From: a virus
Taxonomy: Duplodnaviria; Caudoviricetes
Strand: one strand, 5' to 3'
Virus record (IMG/VR): IMGVR_UViG_3300037424_000380
Span: 1-45,281 of that record
DNA length: 45,281 bases
Within the stretch, counting starts at the first letter, position 1; every line of letters starts with the position of its first letter. The notes under the pieces were generated by a model. The model was not told the DNA's origin and did not search any database. It saw nothing but the letters and a program-made list of their open reading frames with translations. Below are positions 1 to 9,932 of this stretch, piece by piece. Position numbers and translations under genes: made by a program.

Positions 1-189
1 TGTTCATGCTGTCCAATGTGGACCTGACCAAAATGGCTCCGTCGCAGCGCGAGCAAATGATCAAAAGCGTGGCACAACCAATGCAGGAGGCTGCGGCAGG
101 TGGTCAGGCATCACCGGCAGGGCTCAAGCAGATGGGTGATCTGGCTACAACCATGGGAGTGGCACAGTAATGGTTGTGATAGATCTTGG
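1..189 (+). repeat. Left copy of 189-bp terminal direct repeat (3' end of portal gene)
   Basis: Identical to 45093-45281 except G128 vs A45220. Confidence 0.97.
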
Positions 190-319
190 GTTTAAACAAC
201 CTATCGGATTTATCAAATTAAGGGAACGGTATCGGATCAAAGCGACACGTTGTTTTGTAAACGCTATCGACTGCCGATGCAGGATCTCAAAAGTCATGTT
301 CAAAGGAGATATACTATGA
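170..319 (+). CDS. Possible 49-aa hypothetical protein (MVVIDLGFKQ...)
   Basis: ATG overlaps the portal stop (TAATG); its stop overlaps the next ATG (ATGA). Confidence 0.35.
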   Translation: MVVIDLGFKQPIGFIKLRERYRIKATRCFVNAIDCRCRISKVMFKGDIL

Positions 320-594
320 CTAAGACCGAACCGACATTGCAGGAGATCGCGGATCTTCGAGCCGCAGCGAGTATACAGCACGTATTGCCGGAGATCCTGA
401 GTGAGATCGAGGCCATGGAGCAATCCACCCGGACGCAGGTATTTGGCAAGCTGCGTGCCGGTACCTTGACACCGCAAGAGGCTCTGGCATATTGGATGGA
501 GGTTTTTAGTTATCAACGTTTGCGCACAAAAATGACCTCCAAGGCCGAACTGGCGAATAAAATTACCGAAACAAGGAGTATTACAAATGGCTAA
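316..594 (+). CDS. Hypothetical protein between portal and scaffold
   Basis: AAGGAG RBS before ATG 316; overlaps the scaffold start. Confidence 0.75.
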   Translation: MTKTEPTLQEIADLRAAASIQHVLPEILSEIEAMEQSTRTQVFGKLRAGTLTPQEALAYWMEVFSYQRLRTKMTSKAELANKITETRSITNG

Positions 595-1345
595 GAAAGC
601 AAATCAGCAGGTATCGGCGGACGATATCCTGAAGCAGATGTACCCGGACATCAAGACTTCCGAGGACTATGAGGACGAGCAGAAGGCTAAGCAGACAACG
701 ACAGGCGATGACACCTCGAAAACGATTGCGGCGCTTCAGGCACAGATCGCACGGCTGGAGGGCTCAGTTTCCGCTTCACAGCGTCCGGCTCCTGTCACGC
801 AGAACTACGCCGCACCACAGCGGCCTGTGATCGATTGGGACAAGGCCCCCGATCCGATCCAAGAGCCCGGCAAGTATGGCCGGTTTCTCGCTGAGGCTAA
901 TCAAGCCATAATCGATTATGAGAAGCAGGCTTGGCAGTATCAGTCCTCGCAGCAGAATTTGAACACTGCACGGACGCAGAACCTGTGGGCCAAATTCGAG
1001 GCCAACTACAAGGAGTATACCGAAAACACGGATCGGGTCGAGATTGCCGCCAGTCGTGTGTTGCAGCGCTTGCAGGGCGCTGGTATGGATACGGACGCTT
1101 ACATGTACGGCCAGTCTGACCAGTTCATGAAGGACGTCGTGGCCGAGATCGACACGCTCTGGGGCAAGGGTGGTTCCGGCGGTGAAGACGATGCGGAGGA
1201 CGACGACGATAATCGGACGGTCGTGCTCGGCGGTGCTGGCGGCAATGCAAAAGGTCCGTCTCAACAGCAGGAACAGCCACAGAAGTATGGCTCGTTGTCG
1301 AACGATGTGCTTGCATGGCAGGAGAAGACCGGCTTCTATCGGTGA
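587..1345 (+). CDS. Putative capsid scaffolding protein
   Basis: Acidic, helical/coiled-coil with low-complexity linkers; directly upstream of the major capsid gene; AAGGAG RBS. Confidence 0.7.
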   Translation: MAKKANQQVSADDILKQMYPDIKTSEDYEDEQKAKQTTTGDDTSKTIAALQAQIARLEGSVSASQRPAPVTQNYAAPQRPVIDWDKAPDPIQEPGKYGRFLAEANQAIIDYEKQAWQYQSSQQNLNTARTQNLWAKFEANYKEYTENTDRVEIAASRVLQRLQGAGMDTDAYMYGQSDQFMKDVVAEIDTLWGKGGSGGEDDAEDDDDNRTVVLGGAGGNAKGPSQQQEQPQKYGSLSNDVLAWQEKTGFYR

Positions 1346-1348
1346 CTA

Positions 1349-1377
1349 TTGACCACATACTGTGTGGATGTTATTCT
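1349..1377 (+). promoter_or_regulatory. Sigma70-like promoter for capsid operon
   Basis: TTGACC-17 bp-TATTCT with TG extended -10. Confidence 0.6.
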
Positions 1378-1436
1378 TACAAATATTTTTTGGGCCAAGT
1401 CAAACATAGGCCCGTGCATAATGAAAGGGAATAAAT

Positions 1437-2372
1437 ATGGCTTGGGCTTATGACGCACCCTCTGGTGTCTACAAAAATCACGCATTGAGCACGAAGGTTC
1501 GTCGGCAGGCTCTGGCGAAGACGGTTTTCTTCAAGTATCTGACCCCGGAACCGGGCTATGGGCGTCGTAAGGGCGAGAGCGTTACGCTCACACGTATCCT
1601 GCGCCTGCCTCTGGCCAATCGTGTCAACGAAACTGATCGCCTTCCCGGTGGCCGTCCGGCAATCGAAACCAAGACGGTTCGCATTTCCGAGTGGGGCTAC
1701 AAGGTCCCGATGACTACTCGCGAAACGGACCTCACCTTCTTCGACCTGCCCGGTAACATCGAAGCGGCGCTTCGTGATCAGATCGAACTGACCATGGACG
1801 TACATGCCGCCGAAGTGTTCAAGCTGACCCCGATCAAGTACGTGCCGCTTTCGACCGGCTTCAACCTTGACACGGACGGCTCGGCCACGGGTGTTTCGGA
1901 TCGCAACATGTCGATCTCCGATCTGCGCTCGATCCACGACTATCTGTCTGGCGACTTGAAGGCTCCGACTTTTGCCAATGGCAAGTATGTCGGCATCCTC
2001 TCGACGCAGGCTGCCCGTGGTATCAAGAACGACCCCGAATACAAGGATTGGCTGGCTCCTACGACCGCAAGTCCGCTGCTGGACGGTGTGCTGAAGGACG
2101 TGGAAGGGTTTACCCTCTTCGAAAGCAACAACTTCGGTTACGAACGCGATGCACTTTCGAAGTTTGCCGGGACGTCGGTTACGTCCGGCGAGGCCATTTT
2201 CTTCGGTGCCGATAGCGCCGGGCTGCTGGAGATCCAGTCCCCGGAAATCCGCATGGGCGTGAAGGAAGATCTGGGCCGCTTCTACGAAGTCGGTTGGGTC
2301 GGTCAGCTGGAAGCTTTCCATACGTGGGAAAAGGCTTCTCTGGCACGCGTTGTGCACGTAACCTCGAACTAA
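1437..2372 (+). CDS. Major capsid protein (HK97 fold, N4-gp56-like)
   Basis: 311 aa after scaffold; GESVTLTR, ISEWGYKVPMT and LKDVEGFTLFES segments resemble this MCP type; strong codon bias. Confidence 0.85.
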   Translation: MAWAYDAPSGVYKNHALSTKVRRQALAKTVFFKYLTPEPGYGRRKGESVTLTRILRLPLANRVNETDRLPGGRPAIETKTVRISEWGYKVPMTTRETDLTFFDLPGNIEAALRDQIELTMDVHAAEVFKLTPIKYVPLSTGFNLDTDGSATGVSDRNMSISDLRSIHDYLSGDLKAPTFANGKYVGILSTQAARGIKNDPEYKDWLAPTTASPLLDGVLKDVEGFTLFESNNFGYERDALSKFAGTSVTSGEAIFFGADSAGLLEIQSPEIRMGVKEDLGRFYEVGWVGQLEAFHTWEKASLARVVHVTSN

Positions 2373-2384
2373 GGGAGAACAGAT

Positions 2385-2900
2385 ATGAGCACGTCTTTTG
2401 CAACCGCTGATCGTGTAGCCTCCATGGGCAGTCTGAACCTTGGCGCTGGTGCTGCCACGGTGACGTACGCCCCCGGCAAGCCGATTAATGTCAAGCGGGT
2501 TATTTTCGTGACCACGACCGCACAGGCCACGGCAGGCGCGGCGATCACGTTCGGTGTCCGAAATGTCGATGACACGTCGTCCACGACTGTCGGATCGTTC
2601 ACCACTCCGGCGGTGATGGCACTGAATTCGGTCTATAAGGCCGATGTGGCCGGTGTCAGCACGACTGCCGTTACTCCGACCGGCGAGCATTCGCAGGTAG
2701 CGGAAGTCACGACTGGCCGTGTGGATGGGTATCAGACAAATCTTCCGGGCGAGATTGAAGTCAATCCCGGTCAGGAATTCTGGGTCACGTCCGGTGGTGA
2801 GGGTGACACTGGTGTGGCCACGGTCTACATCGAATATGTCGAAGAAGGTAACAATGCTGATCGCTTTGATGCGACGGATATTACCGTCACGTTCGCTTAA
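2385..2900 (+). CDS. Putative capsid decoration/minor virion protein
   Basis: Thr/Ala/Val-rich beta protein right after the MCP; RBS present. Confidence 0.6.
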   Translation: MSTSFATADRVASMGSLNLGAGAATVTYAPGKPINVKRVIFVTTTAQATAGAAITFGVRNVDDTSSTTVGSFTTPAVMALNSVYKADVAGVSTTAVTPTGEHSQVAEVTTGRVDGYQTNLPGEIEVNPGQEFWVTSGGEGDTGVATVYIEYVEEGNNADRFDATDITVTFA

Positions 2901-2910
2901 GGAGGCATGA

Positions 2911-3453
2911 ATGTCTCTCTACGGCGCGTTTGACAAGACCAAGCATCTGGAAGAACTGAACGATCCGCTGTTCACGAATGAGGGCGTTAAGTCGCCCTCG
3001 ACACGGAAGACGGAGGCTCGTGCGGCTCTGGGGGTGCAAAGCACGGCTGAGGTTTCGACCGCTATCACTGCGGCACTTTCAGCAGGCATTGCTGATGCTC
3101 GCTTCACTGCACAGCCGCTCGTTACGAGGACGGTAACTGCTGTGAATGCAACGGCCACGATGACGGCAGCCTCTCTGTTGGGCGGCATCATCACCTCCAC
3201 CACGGCAGCTGCTGTGGCCGGTACGCTGCCGCTGGCTGCGGATTTGGAGGTAGCGTTGCTGGCTGCGCATCCATCGCTCGGCGTTGGTGATACGATTGAA
3301 TTCATTGTGCTGTCAACTGGCGCTAATGCATTCACTGTGACGACGAACACTGGCTGGACCCTTGTCGGTGACATGGTGGTCGAAACCGCTACGAATGGCC
3401 GGTATATGGCGATCCGCACGGCGGCAGATACCTATACACTGTATAGGGCATAA
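2911..3453 (+). CDS. Putative virion structural protein (head fibre/decoration)
   Basis: Ala/Thr-rich; TLP...GDTIEFIV...FTVT...GWTLVG beta-sandwich pattern; AAGGAGG RBS. Confidence 0.6.
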   Translation: MSLYGAFDKTKHLEELNDPLFTNEGVKSPSTRKTEARAALGVQSTAEVSTAITAALSAGIADARFTAQPLVTRTVTAVNATATMTAASLLGGIITSTTAAAVAGTLPLAADLEVALLAAHPSLGVGDTIEFIVLSTGANAFTVTTNTGWTLVGDMVVETATNGRYMAIRTAADTYTLYRA

Positions 3454-3465
3454 GCTAGAGTGATT

Positions 3466-3496
3466 GTGGGGGTTAAGGCCCCCACACTTATTTTTA
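3466..3496 (+). terminator. Rho-independent terminator
   Basis: GTGGGGG/CCCCCAC stem followed by T-rich tract. Confidence 0.65.
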
Positions 3497-3518
3497 CCAA
3501 AACATAATAGGAGACAAA

Positions 3519-4031
3519 ATGTCAAATTCTCACGTCATTGATATCGACCGTGGCGTTTCTATTCGCCAAGTGGTCAAATTCGACCCCAAAAATCGCAGCA
3601 AGTTTGAGCCGGACAGCAAGTATGGTGGTATGACCGTCTACATGTATAAGGATGATCCGGGCAAGTATTATGATGTGCACGGCAAGCCGGTACCTGAAGG
3701 TGTTGCGGCTTTGGCTGGCTTTCCGATTGCCACTTATGCCAAGCATCGCCGCCGCAAGGAGGCCCTGAAGGCTTTCGACAAGCAGCTGGCGCAGGAACTG
3801 GCCATGGAGCAGGAAGACGAGGAAATCACGCTGGCCGAAGGTGGTGACTGGAAGGTTATTGCCATGCCGATGGATCGGGCCAAGGTTGTGGACAAGGAAA
3901 CCGGCGACATGGTTACGGCAACGCCGTTGTCGAGGGCGGATGCACTCGAACTTCTAACGCACCTAACACGCTCGGCAGCAGGTGATGTGGAGCCGGACGA
4001 CAAGCGCAAGACTGGTGTCAAGGCTGGCTGA
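3519..4031 (+). CDS. Hypothetical protein (head module)
   Basis: 170-aa ORF with AGGAG RBS. Confidence 0.75.
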   Translation: MSNSHVIDIDRGVSIRQVVKFDPKNRSKFEPDSKYGGMTVYMYKDDPGKYYDVHGKPVPEGVAALAGFPIATYAKHRRRKEALKAFDKQLAQELAMEQEDEEITLAEGGDWKVIAMPMDRAKVVDKETGDMVTATPLSRADALELLTHLTRSAAGDVEPDDKRKTGVKAG

Positions 4032-4059
4032 GCGCTGCACGACATGATGGGGTTTGAGG

Positions 4060-4088
4060 CAGGGCTGGCGGTTGATCGGCCCTGTTTT
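4060..4088 (+). terminator. Probable terminator hairpin
   Basis: CAGGGC/GCCCTG stem then TTTT. Confidence 0.5.
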
Positions 4089-4122
4089 CGTATGGTATAC
4101 TCGCAGAAAATTGGAGTGGCAA

Positions 4123-4815
4123 ATGTCTGGCTTTTCAACGATTAAATCTGAGGTTCTGGCGCTGGTGATCGATACACCGACTGCGGTGCAGACATTGGTT
4201 GGGCGTTTTGTCAACCGTGCAATACGCAAGCTGGAGGTGAAACATAATTTCAAGGTCATGGAAGCCGAGGTGACATACACCACGACAGCGGCAACTAGGG
4301 TGCTAGGCACGAGGCCGACCGATTGGAAGCAGCCGCGCAGGCGTCCGTATTATATCGATGAAGACGGTGTGCTGCACAATTTTCGCTGGATCTCAGACAA
4401 GGGCGCTGCGATTGGTTCTTACGGAGATAGTACTACATTGGACACTGGCGCACCAAGGCTAGTGTATGAGGACGATCTAACACAGGAATTTTTGCTCTTC
4501 CCGTACCCCGACAGTCTGTCTGATTATACCGATGGCGAATATCGCATCACGATCCCCTATTGGAAGTTCGTTGGCGATTTGATTGCGGACGGTGATACGA
4601 ATTGGTTCACTGAAAACACTGAGCAATGGATCATCTATCAGGCTGTTGCCGAGGCGTTCTATGCGAACGAGGATGAGAGCCGGGCGCAGCTTTGGGAGGT
4701 TAGGGCGATGAAGGAATTCAAGGACGCCGTTATGCTGGACAAGGACCGGCGTTACGGTGAGACACAGACACTGGTTTATCATATTGGGGCTTTGCCCCCG
4801 CACACTGAGGAATAA
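4123..4815 (+). CDS. Head-tail adaptor / tail tubular protein A-like
   Basis: GGAG RBS before MSGFSTIK; FVNRAIRKLE helix, LFPYPD...YRITIPY and IIYQAVAEA patterns typical of podovirus adaptors; position. Confidence 0.7.
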   Translation: MSGFSTIKSEVLALVIDTPTAVQTLVGRFVNRAIRKLEVKHNFKVMEAEVTYTTTAATRVLGTRPTDWKQPRRRPYYIDEDGVLHNFRWISDKGAAIGSYGDSTTLDTGAPRLVYEDDLTQEFLLFPYPDSLSDYTDGEYRITIPYWKFVGDLIADGDTNWFTENTEQWIIYQAVAEAFYANEDESRAQLWEVRAMKEFKDAVMLDKDRRYGETQTLVYHIGALPPHTEE

Positions 4816-4820
4816 TTACC

Positions 4821-5552
4821 ATGGCCGGACCTCCGTTCAACCCAAACACCACGTCTCCCGCGTCTGGCGATATCATGTCTGCGCACCCGGCGAGCGAGCG
4901 TCAAAGCCGTGCTGATCTTGTCGAGTGGTTGACTTTCTTGTCTGATCCGACGACCGGGATCATTAAGGTCACGGCCCTACCGTCAGCGGCCACGGAAATT
5001 CCGGCAGGCACAAAGATGCTATTTGTGCAGACTGCCGCGCCAACGGGCTGGACCAAGGATGTCACCCACAACAACAAGGCGCTGCGCATTGTCAACGGCA
5101 CTGCCGGAACTGGTGGCACGGCTACGTTCACTGATGTATTCACCGCAAAGTCGATCACTGGCTCGACGGACAGCACAACGGCAGCAGGCACGGTGGGCGG
5201 AACAGCGCTGACAGAGGCGAACCTACCGGCGCACACGCATACTGTCACGGCGACGGGCTCCACAAGCGTGGACGGCTCGCACACGCATACGATTGATTTT
5301 ACATATTCGCTTATCGCCACGGGCAGTATCGCAGGCGGCTACTCTGGCGTAGTTGGCGGTAGTCGTTCGACAAGTGCCGATGGTTCACACCAACATACAG
5401 TAGCGGTGAACGGCTCGACAAGTTCAATCGGCTCGAACAGCACACACACGCACACGTTTACCGGCACTGGACATACTCATACGCTGACCGGCGCGAGTGT
5501 GGATCTGGCTGTGGCCTATGTCGATGTGATCATCGCAACTCGCAACGCTTAA
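4821..5552 (+). CDS. Tail fibre/needle protein with collar domain and His-x-His repeats
   Basis: IPAGTKMLFVQTAAPTGWTK collar motif; HTH/HQH repeats as in metal-binding fibre tips. Confidence 0.75.
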   Translation: MAGPPFNPNTTSPASGDIMSAHPASERQSRADLVEWLTFLSDPTTGIIKVTALPSAATEIPAGTKMLFVQTAAPTGWTKDVTHNNKALRIVNGTAGTGGTATFTDVFTAKSITGSTDSTTAAGTVGGTALTEANLPAHTHTVTATGSTSVDGSHTHTIDFTYSLIATGSIAGGYSGVVGGSRSTSADGSHQHTVAVNGSTSSIGSNSTHTHTFTGTGHTHTLTGASVDLAVAYVDVIIATRNA

Positions 5553-5561
5553 GGAGCTATC

Positions 5562-5864
5562 ATGCAAAAACCTATGGCAAACTCGGGCGAGATCTGCCCA
5601 TTTCACCGCAAGGATGTGCGTAAGGTGTGCCACACTTGCCCGCTGTATATGCAAATCCGTGGCATGGACACCAATACGGGGCAAGAAGTAGATGGTTGGG
5701 GTTGTGCATTTACGTGGCTGCCGATGCTGATGATCGAGAACAGCGGACAGCAGAGGCAGACTGGTGCGGCGGTCGAAAGCTTCCGCAACGAAATGGTGCA
5801 AACGAACCAGAAGATGGCACAGGCCATTGTCGCGGTGACGCAGACGAAATTGATCGAGGGTTAA
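5562..5864 (+). CDS. Cys-rich fibre-associated protein (possible chaperone)
   Basis: CPF...CHTCP...WGCA then coiled tail QTGAAVESFRNEMV; follows fibre gene. Confidence 0.6.
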   Translation: MQKPMANSGEICPFHRKDVRKVCHTCPLYMQIRGMDTNTGQEVDGWGCAFTWLPMLMIENSGQQRQTGAAVESFRNEMVQTNQKMAQAIVAVTQTKLIEG

Positions 5865-5865
5865 A

Positions 5866-7680
5866 ATGGCCAATGGCAAGCCGACTATCTCTCCAAATCT
5901 TGGGCTATTCTTTGACCGACCTCCGATCCATATCCCGAACGGCGGCTTGCGGGACGGTTTGAATTTTCGCTGCAAGAACGGCAGCCTTGAAAGCCTGAAC
6001 ATGGGGTGGGAGAAATTCAGTACCGCATGGACACTCAACGGCTCTGTCATTCTGGTTGATAATTTCTTTCCGCGAGATCAGGATGAAAAGCTGATTTTTG
6101 GGACGGCCACGGATTTGTACCTTTACAACGCCAACACAGACACGGTGGCGTTTTTGACCCCGATCTATGCCACTGGTACCGCCTCGGCCTCCGGTACCGC
6201 TGTCACCGGCATCGCCACTGTATGGCTGACGAATGTCAGCGTTGGCGACGAGATCAGTTTCGGCAATGCGGCAGAGAACGATCCGACTGCGACGTGGTAT
6301 ACGATTTTGACGGTGGATACAGACCTAACACTGACACTGACAGCAACTGCTGGTACGGTGGCTGACGGTGTTTACACAATCCGCAAGAAATTCCAGATCG
6401 CCAGCGCCCCATACTGGGAAACAGACGTATTTGTGAATGATGGGACCAGTAGCGAGGATCTATGGTTCGCGACGAATGGGCTTGACTTCCCGGTTACATG
6501 GAACGGCACGGATGCTGCTGTGACGGTGCATAGTGAGCTTGCATTTGTTTGCAAAACACTTGCAACGTACAGTAATATGATGATTTACGGTAATATAACA
6601 CAAGGCGGCGTTACACTGCCGACCACAATCATCAACAGTAATGTAGGTTATCCGCTACAGGCGGGTGCAACGGCAGCCGGATTGTCAGAACAATTTGTTG
6701 TGCACTCGAAAATACACGAGATCTTGAATATGATCCTGCTAGGCGATTATCTGATTGTCTACAGCGAGCGTATTATTGTGCCGGTTCAATTTGTTGGCGA
6801 TCCACTTATATTTGTGTTTCGTGTTGCGATCTCTGGCATTGGGCCAATTAGTGCCAACGCAATTGCGGACTTTGGCGACTATCATCAGTTTCTCGGGGCT
6901 GATGCTGGATATATCTTCGACGGTGTGACTTTGAAGGAGATCAATACACATGTCTGGCGCGATATTCTTCGTCAGACTGACCCAATGCGCAGACGTGAGG
7001 CATATTCACACTTCGATGAGGAAAATGGCGAATTGCTTTGGGTGGTTCCAAACAATGCCGATGCAGGCGTTGGTGTCGTTGGGACGACCCCGGAGATCGC
7101 GTGGACAGAACACTATCTGGAGGAAGTTGACCCTCGCGTGCTGACTGGCTCTCCGTTCTCGAAACGTGATTTTGCCTTCACCATCACCGGCTACTATTCA
7201 CGACAGACTGGCCTGCTATGGTCCGAGGCTACATTCGCGTGGGAGAATTTCAACTTCGCGTGGAACGACCAGTTTTTCCAAACGGCATTTCCTCTTAGCC
7301 TTGCCGGTGACACAAACGGCCAGATCTGGACCCTTAACCAGAACCAATTGGCCGATGGCCTACCGCTGCCATCGTATGTTCGTACAGGGCGGTTTGCGCT
7401 CGGCAGCGGGCGTGAGCGCGATCTGCTAACCCGCCTTTATCCGTGGGCGCATTCGCTGCCCTATAACCTCGAAATAACGCTCTTCATGGGCGATCACATT
7501 GCTGGTGAATTGAGTACAAAGGGAACTGAGTTGTTTGACCAGAACCTACTGGAGGGTGAACATTTCGTGACCTTCTATCGTCGCGGTCGTGTGGCTGAAT
7601 TCAAGTTCGGGTCATCGAACGGTGATCCATGGATACTGGACGGATGGGACTACGATAAGGTGAGCGGAGGCAGACGATAA
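5866..7680 (+). CDS. Tail hub / packaged-DNA stabilisation protein (P22 gp10-like)
   Basis: 604 aa beta-rich; FLGADAGYIFDG and C-terminal RRGRVAEFKF pattern; position after adaptor. Confidence 0.7.
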   Translation: MANGKPTISPNLGLFFDRPPIHIPNGGLRDGLNFRCKNGSLESLNMGWEKFSTAWTLNGSVILVDNFFPRDQDEKLIFGTATDLYLYNANTDTVAFLTPIYATGTASASGTAVTGIATVWLTNVSVGDEISFGNAAENDPTATWYTILTVDTDLTLTLTATAGTVADGVYTIRKKFQIASAPYWETDVFVNDGTSSEDLWFATNGLDFPVTWNGTDAAVTVHSELAFVCKTLATYSNMMIYGNITQGGVTLPTTIINSNVGYPLQAGATAAGLSEQFVVHSKIHEILNMILLGDYLIVYSERIIVPVQFVGDPLIFVFRVAISGIGPISANAIADFGDYHQFLGADAGYIFDGVTLKEINTHVWRDILRQTDPMRRREAYSHFDEENGELLWVVPNNADAGVGVVGTTPEIAWTEHYLEEVDPRVLTGSPFSKRDFAFTITGYYSRQTGLLWSEATFAWENFNFAWNDQFFQTAFPLSLAGDTNGQIWTLNQNQLADGLPLPSYVRTGRFALGSGRERDLLTRLYPWAHSLPYNLEITLFMGDHIAGELSTKGTELFDQNLLEGEHFVTFYRRGRVAEFKFGSSNGDPWILDGWDYDKVSGGRR

Positions 7681-7889
7681 TGGCCTATGACAAGAAAGCC
7701 CTGATCGAGACGAAGCTGCGCCGTATGTCCGGCATGTCTCCAGAGAAGCGCATCGCCATGAATACGGCCTCTGAAACCATGTCCGCATGGGTGCGTTGCT
7801 GGAACTGCAAAACAATTGTTGAGGCCCCGCGCAATGAGTTGAAGATGTGCCCGAAGTGTCAGAAAAACTTGTGGAGCCGCGATGAGTAA
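7680..7889 (+). CDS. Small zinc-ribbon protein
   Basis: CWNC-x12-CPKC; GGAGG RBS; overlaps both neighbours. Confidence 0.65.
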   Translation: MAYDKKALIETKLRRMSGMSPEKRIAMNTASETMSAWVRCWNCKTIVEAPRNELKMCPKCQKNLWSRDE

Positions 7890-8622
7890 GCCAGCCACCA
7901 ACACACCGCCGTTGCCGTATCCGGGCACGACGAAAACTGTGGAAACCTTGAGCCGTTTCGATCAGGATCTGGTCAAGGCCCTTCACGCCTACCTCATAGA
8001 TCTGGCTCGTCGGGCAAACCTCGGCCTGTCACGCGACGGGTCTGAGCCGATGGAGGCATCCCTTGACATGGGTGGCTTCAGTATCTCAAACGTGGCGAAT
8101 ATAACCATATCCGGCACAGTCACACTGACCTCACCGCTACCGATTGCACAAGGCGGTACAGGTTCGACCACAGCCCTAGGGGCCAAGACCAATTTTGCGT
8201 TGGAGAATGTGGATAATACAACGGATCTGAACAAGCCGATCTCGACCGCCACGCAAACGGCACTCGACCTCAAGGCCGCACTTGCCTCACCAACCTTTAC
8301 AGGTACTCCTGCGGCTCCTACGGCAGCCTCAGGCACCGACACGACACAACTGGCCACTACAGCTTTCGTGCTCGCCAATTCTCCATCCATCCCCACCACA
8401 ACGGCAGGCGATGGGCAGTGGGTCAAGATCAGTGTCGGCGACAGCACGGCTCTGACACTTCCGGCTGGTGGTACGTGGGCATATTTTTTCATGACCATTG
8501 ACAAGGCGACTGGCGAATTCAGAACGCCTATTATCACAATTTCCGTTGCGGCAGGCGGTACGACGGTCACGACGACAAGTGCCTCACAACTGGCATACGG
8601 ACTAGCGTGGAGGATCGCATGA
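7882..8622 (+). CDS. Short tail fibre protein
   Basis: LPIAQGGTG, NVDNTTDLNKPISTA and SPTFTGTPAAPTA...TTQLATTAFV fibre motifs. Confidence 0.75.
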   Translation: MSKPATNTPPLPYPGTTKTVETLSRFDQDLVKALHAYLIDLARRANLGLSRDGSEPMEASLDMGGFSISNVANITISGTVTLTSPLPIAQGGTGSTTALGAKTNFALENVDNTTDLNKPISTATQTALDLKAALASPTFTGTPAAPTAASGTDTTQLATTAFVLANSPSIPTTTAGDGQWVKISVGDSTALTLPAGGTWAYFFMTIDKATGEFRTPIITISVAAGGTTVTTTSASQLAYGLAWRIA

Positions 8623-9050
8623 TTATGTTGCAATATCGCCGTATGGATGGGTCATTTGTAGCCACAGTACGCGGCATGCCATATCACATTACCGCCTCTG
8701 ATCCACGCTTCCAACAAGCCGTGGCACGAGCGCAGAGTATGGGCGATGCCTTGCCATATGAGCCACTGCCGCAACAACCAACCGAAACACTCCGCGACTA
8801 CGAGGATGCCATTCAAGGCCTTGTTGATGCAACCGCTCGCTCAAAGCAATATCATGATGGTGTGACCATGGCCAGTTATGCCAATTCCACCATCCCGCAA
8901 TGGGCTGCCGAGGCCACGACATTTATCGCATGGCGTGACGCTGTGTGGGTTTATACCTATCAAGAGTTGGCCAAGTTCGAGGGTGGCCTTCGCACCCCTC
9001 CGGGTGTAGCATCTTTTCTGACGGAATTGCCCGCAATCAATTGGGGATAG
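8619..9050 (+). CDS. Putative tail fibre assembly protein
   Basis: ATGA overlap with fibre; SYANS...WAAEA..FIAWRDAVW and ELPAINW C-terminus typical of fibre-adjacent chaperones. Confidence 0.6.
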   Translation: MIMLQYRRMDGSFVATVRGMPYHITASDPRFQQAVARAQSMGDALPYEPLPQQPTETLRDYEDAIQGLVDATARSKQYHDGVTMASYANSTIPQWAAEATTFIAWRDAVWVYTYQELAKFEGGLRTPPGVASFLTELPAINWG

Positions 9051-9058
9051 GACAGCAG

Positions 9059-9460
9059 ATGAACAGATCACCACGATATTACAGAGACAGAATTGGCCGT
9101 TTGTATGTCGACGGTCAGCTGTACATGGGCCGTAATCGCGTACCGCCTCTCCCGAACCGTATCGCCATGACTGACCGGACCACCGGCCTTGTGAAAGTGC
9201 TCTCGCATACCGGCACTCCGCGCGGCATTAATCTAGTTGAGCGCCAGACGACATGGCCGGATGTAACTCTGTATGCTGCGTATGAGGGACCATACAACGG
9301 CAATTGGCGTTTGTACCTCGATAGCGGCTCATTGGCATTTGAGGCCGCAACAGACTATAATAGCTCACGCATTTTAACCCGGCTGAATTTTGATACGACT
9401 GTGCTCGAATTGACTGCCGCAGCAGATGGCAGCATCGTTTATACGGAAGTGACACTTTAA
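9059..9460 (+). CDS. Hypothetical protein (tail module)
   Basis: ORF in operon; start chosen after upstream stop with AGGA RBS. Confidence 0.65.
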   Translation: MNRSPRYYRDRIGRLYVDGQLYMGRNRVPPLPNRIAMTDRTTGLVKVLSHTGTPRGINLVERQTTWPDVTLYAAYEGPYNGNWRLYLDSGSLAFEAATDYNSSRILTRLNFDTTVLELTAAADGSIVYTEVTL

Positions 9461-9482
9461 GTGTTTAAACAAGGAGAAAACA

Positions 9483-9932
9483 ATGAACGTGATCGAACTT
9501 CGCAACCCAAACGCCCTCGGTATCACTGATATCCAGCAGTTGATCAAACGAGCCGTGGAGAGTGGGGCTCTGCTTGCACCCGGTGGATTTGACACAGTTG
9601 CCGCAGATATTTTCACATTCGTTACGGACCCGAACCAATTCATGTTGCTCGGGGCTGAAGACGGTGCATTCAAGTCAGTCGTGCTGGCATTTCTTCCGGT
9701 AGGAAACCTCTTCCCGTATCCGACTGTTGTGCTGTTCTACAATGAAGGGTCACGTGCATTGTCCAAAGCCACACAGGACAAGTTGCTGGACATTATGCTG
9801 GAGCACGGTTATACTCGACTATTGGCCGTCAATTCGTCAAAACGTGGCGATAAGGTATGGCAAAAAGCATTAACACCTGCCGGAGCAACGTCGAATATTG
9901 TAGGCTCACTGGCTTTATTTGAGGTAAGATAA
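9483..9932 (+). CDS. Hypothetical protein, possible GNAT-like (P22 gp14 position)
   Basis: AAGGAG RBS; size and position just before ejection genes. Confidence 0.55.
   Translation: MNVIELRNPNALGITDIQQLIKRAVESGALLAPGGFDTVAADIFTFVTDPNQFMLLGAEDGAFKSVVLAFLPVGNLFPYPTVVLFYNEGSRALSKATQDKLLDIMLEHGYTRLLAVNSSKRGDKVWQKALTPAGATSNIVGSLALFEVR

Noticed and set aside
1-189. Biological direct terminal repeat (T7-like)
   Set aside because: It falls inside the portal gene, so a circular assembly overlap or permutation is more likely; read data are needed to decide
1377-2690. Long antisense ORFs (437 aa here; also 10031-10807, 24064-24990 and others)
   Set aside because: Shadows of GC-rich, codon-biased genes on the opposite strand; no RBS or motifs
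4821-8622. Diversity-generating retroelement or invertible fibre cassette
   Set aside because: No reverse transcriptase, recombinase, template/variable repeat pair or inverted crossover sites seen
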